Of a stretch of DNA of 57,659 nucleotides, positions 35,576 to 43,199 are shown in pieces. This DNA is from Marmoricola sp. (GTDB taxonomy: Bacteria; Actinomycetota; Actinomycetes; Propionibacteriales; Nocardioidaceae). The position numbers were made by a program, and so were the translations under genes. The stretch covers positions 1-57,659 of the forward strand of contig JBQCDC010000453.1 of the NCBI GenBank assembly GCA_051961575.1, in the 5' to 3' direction. The first letter of the stretch is position 1; each line of letters opens with the position of its first letter. The notes below the pieces were generated by a model. That model was not told the DNA's origin. It saw nothing but the letters and a program-made list of their open reading frames with translations, and did no database searches.

Positions 35576-36005
35576 ACTGCTTGTCCTTGATCGTCTCGTC
35601 CCCGAGCTCGAACTCCTCCCACACCTCCAACCCGGCGCCGATCTTCTGGATCGCGTCGATCAGGGCGTCGGCCACATCGGAGGGGATGTCCAACGCGGCC
35701 TCGAGTGTGGCGGGGAGTGGGTGGTCGAGGGTCCACGAGACCAGATAGGCGGGGATGCCCGCGTAGTTGATGCGCTCGAACAGGGCCGCCTGCTCGTAGG
35801 TGAGGGTCACGTCCGGGCCGGACAGGTCCGGGTTCTCTTCGACGCGGCCGTCCGGGTGGGTGACCTTGCGGGCGTTCGCGACCTGCACCGCAAGGGCGGT
35901 GTACTGGCGGATGAGGGCTTTGACGTGGATCTCCCGGCGGGGGGTGAGCTCGCGTTTGAGGACGAGCGTGGCCTCCCCGCCGGGGATCGGGACGGTGATA
36001 GGCAA
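35487..36005 (-). CDS. Tail assembly chaperone (G)
   Basis: Follows the tail tube gene; LVSWTLD.P.P motif; low-complexity tail after SPT. Confidence 0.8.
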   Translation of the reverse strand: MPITVPIPGGEATLVLKRELTPRREIHVKALIRQYTALAVQVANARKVTHPDGRVEENPDLSGPDVTLTYEQAALFERINYAGIPAYLVSWTLDHPLPATLEAALDIPSDVADALIDAIQKIGAGLEVWEEFELGDETIKDKQSPTGRSGSSRTTSGASATGPKSRRTSKTS

Positions 36006-36029
36006 GGTGGGGACTCCCTTGTGGTTGGT

Positions 36030-37019
36030 TTAGAACGGGGTGGCGGTGGCGTTCGTCAGCTGCACCTGGATCGGGGACAGGTTCCCGTCGAGGGCGTCTG
36101 TGGCGTTCATCAGCGCCTTGAAGTTCGACTGCAGCGTCATCCACGAGCTGTTCGACCCGGCAGGTTCGGCGGTATCGAACGCAACCTTGGACATCTGGAA
36201 CGTCAGAGGCTGCGCCGAAACGCCCTGCGGGGTGATCGCGAGCACCAGCGCGGGCTGGGTGTTGGCGAGGAAGTCCGTCAGGTGCGTGTCCGTGGTGCCC
36301 TGGTAGATGGCGCCCAACGTGCCGGTGACGGTGACGGGGCCGCCGAAGATCGCGAGAGGCGACTGGGTGCCGTTCAGGACCGGGATCGCGGCGGTGTTGC
36401 GCTTGATGTCGATCGTGATGTCCGACTCGGCGTTCAGGGCGGTGCCGCCGAGGGTGACGGACGCGGTGAACGGCGGGTACGGCTGCAGGGTGGACGGCGT
36501 GTTCGACGGGGCCGTGATGAACGCCCCGGGAAGGCCCAACCACTGCACGTCGATCGTGGGCAGCGTGTCGGCCTTGATGGTGACCTTCACGTCCCCGATG
36601 ACCATGCCGGGGATCTGCACGACCTTCCCGTCGACCTGGTACAGGAACCCGGTGTAGGACGGCGGCTGCGCGTTGTTCGACGTGGAGCCGTTGTAGAGGG
36701 AGGTCTTGTGCGTGTACGGGGTCGCGGTGCCCACGACCGTGTCGGGGTTGCCGAGGGCGGCGAGGAAGTGCGGGAACGCCGAGTCCTGGTAGATGTACGT
36801 CTTGTAGGTGAGCTCGTCGTGGCGCATGCCCTGCGTCTGGCCGAAGTCGGTGCCCATGTCCCCGCGGAGCGCCTGATCCACCAGTGGGGTGACGACGGGC
36901 TTCCAGACGGGGGTGTCCACCGGGATCCAGATGGTGGGGGTGGCGACCGGGGTGCCGTAGGTCGTTTCTTTGGCGAGCCCGAGCCACTGCTTGTTACCGG
37001 GCAGGTACGTGGTGGTCAA
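36030..37019 (-). CDS. Major tail (tube) protein
   Basis: LGLAKETTYGTPV motif; size and position. Confidence 0.88.
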   Translation of the reverse strand: MTTTYLPGNKQWLGLAKETTYGTPVATPTIWIPVDTPVWKPVVTPLVDQALRGDMGTDFGQTQGMRHDELTYKTYIYQDSAFPHFLAALGNPDTVVGTATPYTHKTSLYNGSTSNNAQPPSYTGFLYQVDGKVVQIPGMVIGDVKVTIKADTLPTIDVQWLGLPGAFITAPSNTPSTLQPYPPFTASVTLGGTALNAESDITIDIKRNTAAIPVLNGTQSPLAIFGGPVTVTGTLGAIYQGTTDTHLTDFLANTQPALVLAITPQGVSAQPLTFQMSKVAFDTAEPAGSNSSWMTLQSNFKALMNATDALDGNLSPIQVQLTNATATPF

Positions 37020-37022
37020 GGG

Positions 37023-37358
37023 TTACTCCTGTGGGGTGTCGGTGGCTGGGGCTGCGGGGTCGGCGGCGTGCTCGGCGGCTTGGATCTGGGCGAGCACGTC
37101 GGGGGAGAGGTGGGAGAGCGCGTCGGCGTCGAGCACGACCTCACCGGGTGCCGGGGCAGGCTCGGCTGCTGGGGGCGCGGCGTTGGGGTCTTGGGGTCGG
37201 AGCTCGGGGTGCTCGAACGGTTCGTCGGTGACGACCGTGTCCCCCGGCTGGGGTTCGATCGTGGCGCCGGGGGCGGTGCCGTCGTGGCGGGCGTTCACGC
37301 CCTGCCGGAGGCCGGTCAGGACACGCGGGTAGGCACCCGTGAAGGTGTAGGCAGGCAA
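37023..37358 (-). CDS. Acidic Pro/Ala-rich virion-operon protein
   Basis: AGGAG RBS, TTG start. Confidence 0.7.
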   Translation of the reverse strand: MPAYTFTGAYPRVLTGLRQGVNARHDGTAPGATIEPQPGDTVVTDEPFEHPELRPQDPNAAPPAAEPAPAPGEVVLDADALSHLSPDVLAQIQAAEHAADPAAPATDTPQE

Positions 37359-37367
37359 GGCGTTCTC

Positions 37368-37883
37368 CTAGAACATGGACAGGTAGCTGGCGGGGCTGAT
37401 GGCGGGTGCTGGGGGCGGGGCCTGCTTCTTCTTGCGGCCGTAGAAGTGCCGGGGCTTGTGGGAGCCCTTGTGCGGGTGGTGCAGGCCCTTCCGCCGGTGC
37501 CTCGGCGCGTGCGAGCCCTTGTGCGGGTGCTTGAGGCCTTTGCGGCGGTGGATGTGGTAGCCGCGACGCCTCGGGTGCGTGAGGTGGTAGCCCTTCTTGC
37601 GGTGCACGTGGTAGCCCTTGCGGCGGTGCACGGTGCGTTTCGTCAGGGCGCTGGAGGCGCGGCGTTTCCGGTGCCCATGCCAGCCTTTGTGGGGGTGCTT
37701 CCGGCCCGTCCTGCTGGGCTTCGTGGTGGCGGGCTTGGCGGCACGCTTGACGGCCGTCGAGGGCCTGCCGCCGCGGACGCCCGCGTACCGGCGGTGATGC
37801 CGGTGGTGGACCTTGATCCGCACCCGCACCCGTTTGAGGGTGTTCGTCTTCGTGGAGCGCCTATGCGCCCGACGCGAGCGCAC
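37368..37883 (-). CDS. Extremely basic His/Arg/Lys-rich repeat protein
   Basis: Fills the gap between neighbours; high GC3; 22 Lys codons, mostly AAG, argue against a shadow ORF. Confidence 0.8.
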   Translation of the reverse strand: MRSRRAHRRSTKTNTLKRVRVRIKVHHRHHRRYAGVRGGRPSTAVKRAAKPATTKPSRTGRKHPHKGWHGHRKRRASSALTKRTVHRRKGYHVHRKKGYHLTHPRRRGYHIHRRKGLKHPHKGSHAPRHRRKGLHHPHKGSHKPRHFYGRKKKQAPPPAPAISPASYLSMF

Positions 37884-37887
37884 CGGG

Positions 37888-38397
37888 CTACGCCTGCACT
37901 ATCTCGGTGACCTGGAACTCCACATGGCACCACGCCATGACCTTCCCGCCCGCCGGGTCGAGGACAGGTTCGCCGCGGCCCACCTTCACCCCGTCCGGCT
38001 GGTTCCCGGCCTCGAACACCGGGGCCCCGTTCGTGCCGAACTGCGGATCGGCCTCGATGCGGGCGAGGATGCTGTCGATCAGGGCCAGCTGCCCGCTGAC
38101 CCACCCGTCCGTCTGCCCCGTCCCCGTGGCCGTCACGTCGTTGGGGATCAGCCACTGGTACAGGCACACGATGGCGAACTGGTAGGTGCGGGACTTCTGC
38201 CCGCCGTTCACCGCCGGGACCGTGATCCGGGACTCGGTGACCCCGGCGATTTCGAGGAACGCGGGGGTGCCGGGTTCGCTGTTGGACTGCCATGCGTCCC
38301 CCAGCAGCCGCACCGGGCACGCCTCGTACAGGGTCGTGAGCCCGGGGGTGGCTTTGAGCCAGTTCCAGACGGCGGTGTTCACCGAGGCGACAGACAC
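37888..38397 (-). CDS. Tail terminator-like protein
   Basis: Size and position; LIDSI.A.I.ADP motif. Confidence 0.7.
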   Translation of the reverse strand: MSVASVNTAVWNWLKATPGLTTLYEACPVRLLGDAWQSNSEPGTPAFLEIAGVTESRITVPAVNGGQKSRTYQFAIVCLYQWLIPNDVTATGTGQTDGWVSGQLALIDSILARIEADPQFGTNGAPVFEAGNQPDGVKVGRGEPVLDPAGGKVMAWCHVEFQVTEIVQA

Positions 38398-38471
38398 GGG
38401 GGCTCCTGAGGGGTTGGGGGGCTGGCGGGCACGGGGAGTCCCCGCGCCGTGCCCGCCAGCGGCCTAGAAGA

Positions 38472-39380
38472 TCAGTTGGTGCGCCGGTAGGGGGCGAGGA
38501 GTTCGACGGCGAGGTCGTAGTCGGAGTCCACGCCGGCGGCGAGGTTGTGCATGGTGCCGGGGCTGTCGGAGCCTGCGCGGGGCATCTCGAAGGACTGGGA
38601 GGCGCGGGTCTTGATCAGGGCCTTCGCGAGCAGGATCACGGCCTGCTTGATGTCCTGCGGGAGGGCGGACGCGAGGTCACCGGATGCGTAGGTGCCGACG
38701 ACGGCGGAGACGAGCGGGACCGTGACCGCCGTGTTCGTCGCCGAAGGGGTGTAGGTGGGGGCGACGGTGACGACTTCGGAGGCGTTCGCGTTCGCCAGCC
38801 GCAGCTGCTGCCCGGGGACGATGCCGAGGTCCGAGGCCACCGCAATCGAGGTGGCGCCGGGCGCGGCCGCGCCGGTGAGGGAGGTGTTGGCCCAGCCGTT
38901 CACGTAGGACACCTGCGCCCACGCCCGCCCCGCGAAGCCACGGGACACGGGCCCGGTGCTGTTGGTGGGGGCGAAGGGGATCGTGGCGGTCTTCTTCGTG
39001 ATCGCCACATCGGCCAGCGAGCCCACCGCTGTCAGCGACGACGGGGTGAAGCCGAGGGACACGGCGGCGACGGCCACGATCGGCGTGTAGTCCAAAGGCA
39101 CCTTCACCACAGGGCCCAGCCACGGGTCCGACTGGATGCGGTACTGCCCGAACTGGGTGTCGATCGTCGCGGCCAGCACCTTCTGGCACAGGTTGTCCGC
39201 CAAAGTGGAAGCCCGCTGCAGCTGCATCACCAGTGCCGCCTGGTTCGCCTGCGTGCTGCCATTGACGACGAGCTGGGTGGAGTCCACCCCAGTCGGGGCG
39301 TTCAGGAACTCCCACGGCGCCACATACAGGGACCGGGTCGGGTAGGTGGGCGCGGTAGGGTTCAGGGCCAGAGGCGCCAC
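38472..39380 (-). CDS. Head-tail adaptor with inserted beta domain
   Basis: RAS..AD..C, VSYVNGW, P.DIKQAVI and LLAPYRR motifs. Confidence 0.8.
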   Translation of the reverse strand: MAPLALNPTAPTYPTRSLYVAPWEFLNAPTGVDSTQLVVNGSTQANQAALVMQLQRASTLADNLCQKVLAATIDTQFGQYRIQSDPWLGPVVKVPLDYTPIVAVAAVSLGFTPSSLTAVGSLADVAITKKTATIPFAPTNSTGPVSRGFAGRAWAQVSYVNGWANTSLTGAAAPGATSIAVASDLGIVPGQQLRLANANASEVVTVAPTYTPSATNTAVTVPLVSAVVGTYASGDLASALPQDIKQAVILLAKALIKTRASQSFEMPRAGSDSPGTMHNLAAGVDSDYDLAVELLAPYRRTN

Positions 39381-39388
39381 CAGAGCTC

Positions 39389-39898
39389 CTAGGGGTATTC
39401 GTGGTAGTGGGTCACGGGCGGGTCGTGGCGGTGCACCTTGTACCCGGCCATGTTCAGGACCGCGGCGAGCCGCACGTCCATGCGCCGCCAGTCACGGGCC
39501 GGGGCGCCGTCGAACGGCAGGGCGTCGATGCGGGTGAAAAGATCCGGGACGGCGGTTTTCAGTTCGGCGCGGAAGCGGGTGCAGCCGAGGCACACGAGCA
39601 GCTGCTCGCCGATGGCGTAGGGGTGCCCGCACCACGGCTCGGGGCACTCGCGGAACCCGGGCAGGACATCCTTGTGGATGCCGATGTCGTGCTCGATCAC
39701 CACAAGGTCACCCGGGCGCTGCCACTCGGCCTCCATCAGGGACTGGTAGGCGTCGTTCCGGCCCGGGTCCAGCTCGTGCCCGTGCCAGCCGGGGGCGTGC
39801 CGGTCCAGCAGGTCCACCGCCCGCACATCGAGGTTCGTGTGCGGGACGAGGACCCGGGCAGGGTGCCGGTGCTCACGCACGTGGTCGCGGTTGAGCAC
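39389..39898 (-). CDS. GT-A-like glycosyltransferase (putative)
   Basis: DLVVIEHD (DxD-like), LGCTRF, W..MD and C-terminal VTH; GAGGTG RBS with GTG start. Confidence 0.62.
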   Translation of the reverse strand: MLNRDHVREHRHPARVLVPHTNLDVRAVDLLDRHAPGWHGHELDPGRNDAYQSLMEAEWQRPGDLVVIEHDIGIHKDVLPGFRECPEPWCGHPYAIGEQLLVCLGCTRFRAELKTAVPDLFTRIDALPFDGAPARDWRRMDVRLAAVLNMAGYKVHRHDPPVTHYHEYP

Positions 39899-39912
39899 CG
39901 GCACCTCACCTA

Positions 39913-41370
39913 CTAGGACTGGATGTTGCTGAGCACTGCCTGAGCGGCAGGAGCGCGGTTGATCAGGGCGCTCGAGGAGTAGACCTCGCCGTCCCAGCGC
40001 GGACCGCCGCCGGCCACGCCCGGGTTGCGGGCCGAGCCGTACTGGTAGTCCTGCAGCGAGTCGAGGTTCCGCAGCTCGAACACGTTCGAGTAGCCCGCGT
40101 TCGGGAAGTTCACCCGGTCCGTACGCGCGATCAGGGTGCCGGGCACCATGTTCGGGTGGACCTCGATGCGGATCGGGTTGCCGCCGGCGGACTTGTTCAC
40201 GTAGTGCGTGATGAAGCCACCCGCGGTCACGTCGCCGCGACCCTCGGAACCGGGGGTGTAGAACGTGTTGGACGAGCCGTTGCCGAGGATCAGCTTCGAC
40301 AGGGCCGCCGCGTCCTTCGAGGAGCACATGTACGCGTCCGGTGACAGGAACGTCGCCTGGTAGATCGCGTCGTTGAGGTTGTCGAGCTGGTCGATGTTCT
40401 GGCCCGAGCCGGTGAACGCGCCACCGTCGAGGGACTGGAACGTCGCACCCGAGGCGGTGCCGGAACCGAAGGTCACGAGGCCGTTCGCCCCAGCGCCCGA
40501 GGCGTAGTCGCCGGCGAGGGTCGCGAGTAGGCCGTTGAACTCGTTCGGGTTGGCCGAGGAGTCAACGGTCGGGACCGCGGTGGGGGCCACGGCGCACAGG
40601 TTCGGCAGCGTCGGGACGGCCTGGTTCGCGGTCGGGATCGAGGTGATCAGGACCTTGTTCACGACCGTGGTCGTGTAGTAAAAGCCTCCGACGTACCAGT
40701 CGTACGCGACGGCGCCGCGGACGGCCGGGACCGTGGCGGTGGCCGAGTTCTGTGTGCCCGTGGTGGCCGTGGTGGCCGTGCCCTGGGCGGAGGCGACCGT
40801 GGAACCGCCGTAGTAGTAGTTCGTGCCGGTGCGGGCCGCGACCTTGACGTTCACCGCGATCGAGGCGCCGATGCTGCCGCCGGTGGCCGAGGGGGTCACG
40901 GTCGGGGTGGCCGGGGTCTGGAGCGCGAACGCCTGACCGCCGAGGGCGATCCGGTCGGTGCCGATCTTGTACTGGCCCATTGTGGAGAACACCTCGCGGG
41001 CGTGCGCGTCATCGAAGCCACGCGCCTTCGCCACGGCGTCCTTGGTGACCGTGTAGCCGTAGCCGAGGCGGGCATACGGTGCGGAGACCGTGATGAGGTT
41101 GTTCTTGTGCAGCGGCGCCGACTGGTCCCACGGGGTGGCCGGGTTCAGCTGCTGGTTGTTGATGTTCGTCATCACACGCCAGATCGCGAAGTCGCCGCCC
41201 TCGTCGGGGGTCGTCTGCGCCAGCGAGGAGTAGAACGTGGCGGGTACGGGGATGTTCTGGATGATCCCCATGAGGTCGATGCCCTGGAGGCCCGTCGCGG
41301 TCGTCAGACCGGTCGTGGAGGCCTTCTTGATCTGAGCAAGGGCTTCCTTGCCGATTTCATCGAGGTTCAA
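39913..41370 (-). CDS. Major capsid protein with inserted FN3/Ig-like domain
   Basis: Follows the scaffold; EFNGLL, PDAYM and I.VHP.M.PGT motifs. Confidence 0.85.
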   Translation of the reverse strand: MNLDEIGKEALAQIKKASTTGLTTATGLQGIDLMGIIQNIPVPATFYSSLAQTTPDEGGDFAIWRVMTNINNQQLNPATPWDQSAPLHKNNLITVSAPYARLGYGYTVTKDAVAKARGFDDAHAREVFSTMGQYKIGTDRIALGGQAFALQTPATPTVTPSATGGSIGASIAVNVKVAARTGTNYYYGGSTVASAQGTATTATTGTQNSATATVPAVRGAVAYDWYVGGFYYTTTVVNKVLITSIPTANQAVPTLPNLCAVAPTAVPTVDSSANPNEFNGLLATLAGDYASGAGANGLVTFGSGTASGATFQSLDGGAFTGSGQNIDQLDNLNDAIYQATFLSPDAYMCSSKDAAALSKLILGNGSSNTFYTPGSEGRGDVTAGGFITHYVNKSAGGNPIRIEVHPNMVPGTLIARTDRVNFPNAGYSNVFELRNLDSLQDYQYGSARNPGVAGGGPRWDGEVYSSSALINRAPAAQAVLSNIQS

Positions 41371-41450
41371 AGCTGTGTCCTTATCCGTGATGGCACGCCG
41401 GAAGGCCCCGGCACCGTTCTCGGTGGGGGCTGGCGTTGGCCGGGGGGTTG

Positions 41451-42815
41451 TTAGTCGGTGAAGCGGGCTGCCACGTTCTGGAAGTGGCGGGAGCCGGCGG
41501 AGCCGGAGAGGGCGTCCTTGAGCTGGGCGAGGGCGAGGTCCTTGTTGGCCTTGATCACGTCGCCCTGGGTGCGTGCCTCGCTGGCTGCCTTGCGGAGGTC
41601 CGCGTACGGGTCCTCCACGGTTTCGCTTCCGTCGCGCTGGGCGACTCCGGGGGTGCCGGTTGCCCCGTTCAGGAGGGGGCTGCGGCGGTCGTCCGGCTGC
41701 TGCCCGAACTTGCGGATCTGCTCCTTCAGGACCTCGACCGTCTCTGCAAGCTCTGCCGCCTTGGCGAGCTTCTCCGCGAGCGGTTCGAGTGCCTCTTTGA
41801 GCACTTCTGCGATGTCGGGGGTGGCCGTCACGGTGACGACTTCGTTGGGTTCCGCCGTCTTCTCGACGGGGGATTGAACGGTCTGGGTGCCGGGGATGTT
41901 GCGCTCGGCTTCGTCGTCGGCGTCGGCTGCCGCCTCTTCGACGGTGGCCTCCTCGCCGTCTTCGGCGGTCTCTTCCTCGGCGGCGTCTTCGGCGGCTTCC
42001 GCGCCGCCGTCGACAGCGGTGATCGCGTCGGGGGCGACGACGCCGACGAGCTTGCCGGTGGCGTCGTACACGGCGGTGAGCGAGTCGGCCTTCACGACCG
42101 GCGCCTCAGGGGCTTCTGCGGCCGCAGGGGCCTCGGGGGTTTCGGCCACGGTGGCCTCCTTTTCGACGGGTTCGGGTGCGGGCAGGGCGGCGAGGACCTG
42201 CTGGATCTGCTCGGCGGCGTTGCGCAGCTTCGTTTCGTTCGCGGCGGAGAGGGCGCGGCCAGCCTTGAACAGGGGCGCGGTGGATTCGACCTCGGCGAGG
42301 GCGTCAGCGGGGATGGCGTCGGCGGCCTTCGCGATCGCGGCGTCGTCGGCGGCCATGACCTCCCCGTCCTCCCCGGCCGCGTACACGGCGAGGCGGGCGA
42401 TGGCGGAGTCGATGGCCCACACGGCGTCTTCGAGGTCCCACGATGCGCAGATGTCGGCGGAGTCCACGGTGACGGACTCGATGACCTCGCGTTCGGCCAG
42501 CAGCGCCACGGCGTGCTTGGCGCGGGTCAGGACCCCGATCCACTTCTTCGCTGACGCGGAGTCCACGGCCTCCCAGTCGCGGGAGCCGGGAATCGCGGCC
42601 TCGGCCCCGGCTTCTGAGGTGTCGAGCGCCTCGGTCAGGTCGGTGCCATCCGCCTTGGCGATCAGCTCCCGGACCTGCTCGGCGGGGATTAGCCCGTTCG
42701 CGCCCTTGGCGAGCAGGACTTTGGTGCCGTTCGCGGCGTTCCGCACGAGGTCAACGCGGGGAATGTCCGCGTCGTACAGTTCGGTCATCTCGGGCTCTTC
42801 AAGGGGTGCTGTCAT
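41451..42815 (-). CDS. Scaffolding protein
   Basis: Acidic and helical; N-terminal RVDLV..AANG...LLAK; KAGRALSAANE.KL. Confidence 0.75.
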   Translation of the reverse strand: MTAPLEEPEMTELYDADIPRVDLVRNAANGTKVLLAKGANGLIPAEQVRELIAKADGTDLTEALDTSEAGAEAAIPGSRDWEAVDSASAKKWIGVLTRAKHAVALLAEREVIESVTVDSADICASWDLEDAVWAIDSAIARLAVYAAGEDGEVMAADDAAIAKAADAIPADALAEVESTAPLFKAGRALSAANETKLRNAAEQIQQVLAALPAPEPVEKEATVAETPEAPAAAEAPEAPVVKADSLTAVYDATGKLVGVVAPDAITAVDGGAEAAEDAAEEETAEDGEEATVEEAAADADDEAERNIPGTQTVQSPVEKTAEPNEVVTVTATPDIAEVLKEALEPLAEKLAKAAELAETVEVLKEQIRKFGQQPDDRRSPLLNGATGTPGVAQRDGSETVEDPYADLRKAASEARTQGDVIKANKDLALAQLKDALSGSAGSRHFQNVAARFTD

Positions 42816-43198
42816 TGCTGGGCGCTCCTGCGTTTGGCTTGGCCCTGCGGTGAGAGCCCTGTGATGTGGCCCGCCTGGTAGAGGGACCATGCGGTGTCGT
42901 CGAGGATGAGGCCGATGAGCCACGAGCCGGGGGTGACGGTCTCCCCGCCGAGCTCGAACGGGTCGGGGGAGCGCTCGATGTACGACTCCACGACGGCGGC
43001 GTGGCCTTCGGTGCCGTCCTCGTGGTAGAGCCCGATTTCGCGGGGGCCCTGCATGAACGCCCATGCGGCCTTTTCGAGTTCGGCCTCGGTGAAGTAGTCG
43101 CGGTTGCCGTCAGCGCCGGTGACGATCCGCTCATCGGGTCCGGCGAGGTAGGCGATGGCGAGGATGTAGCGGGCTGGTTCGGTGGATTCGTCGTCCAC
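42812..43198 (-). CDS. XkdF-like prohead serine protease
   Basis: DYFTEAELEKAAWAFM, LYH, VVESYI, GSW and ITGLSPQG motifs. Confidence 0.82.
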   Translation of the reverse strand: MDDESTEPARYILAIAYLAGPDERIVTGADGNRDYFTEAELEKAAWAFMQGPREIGLYHEDGTEGHAAVVESYIERSPDPFELGGETVTPGSWLIGLILDDTAWSLYQAGHITGLSPQGQAKRRSAQQ

Positions 43199-43199
43199 G

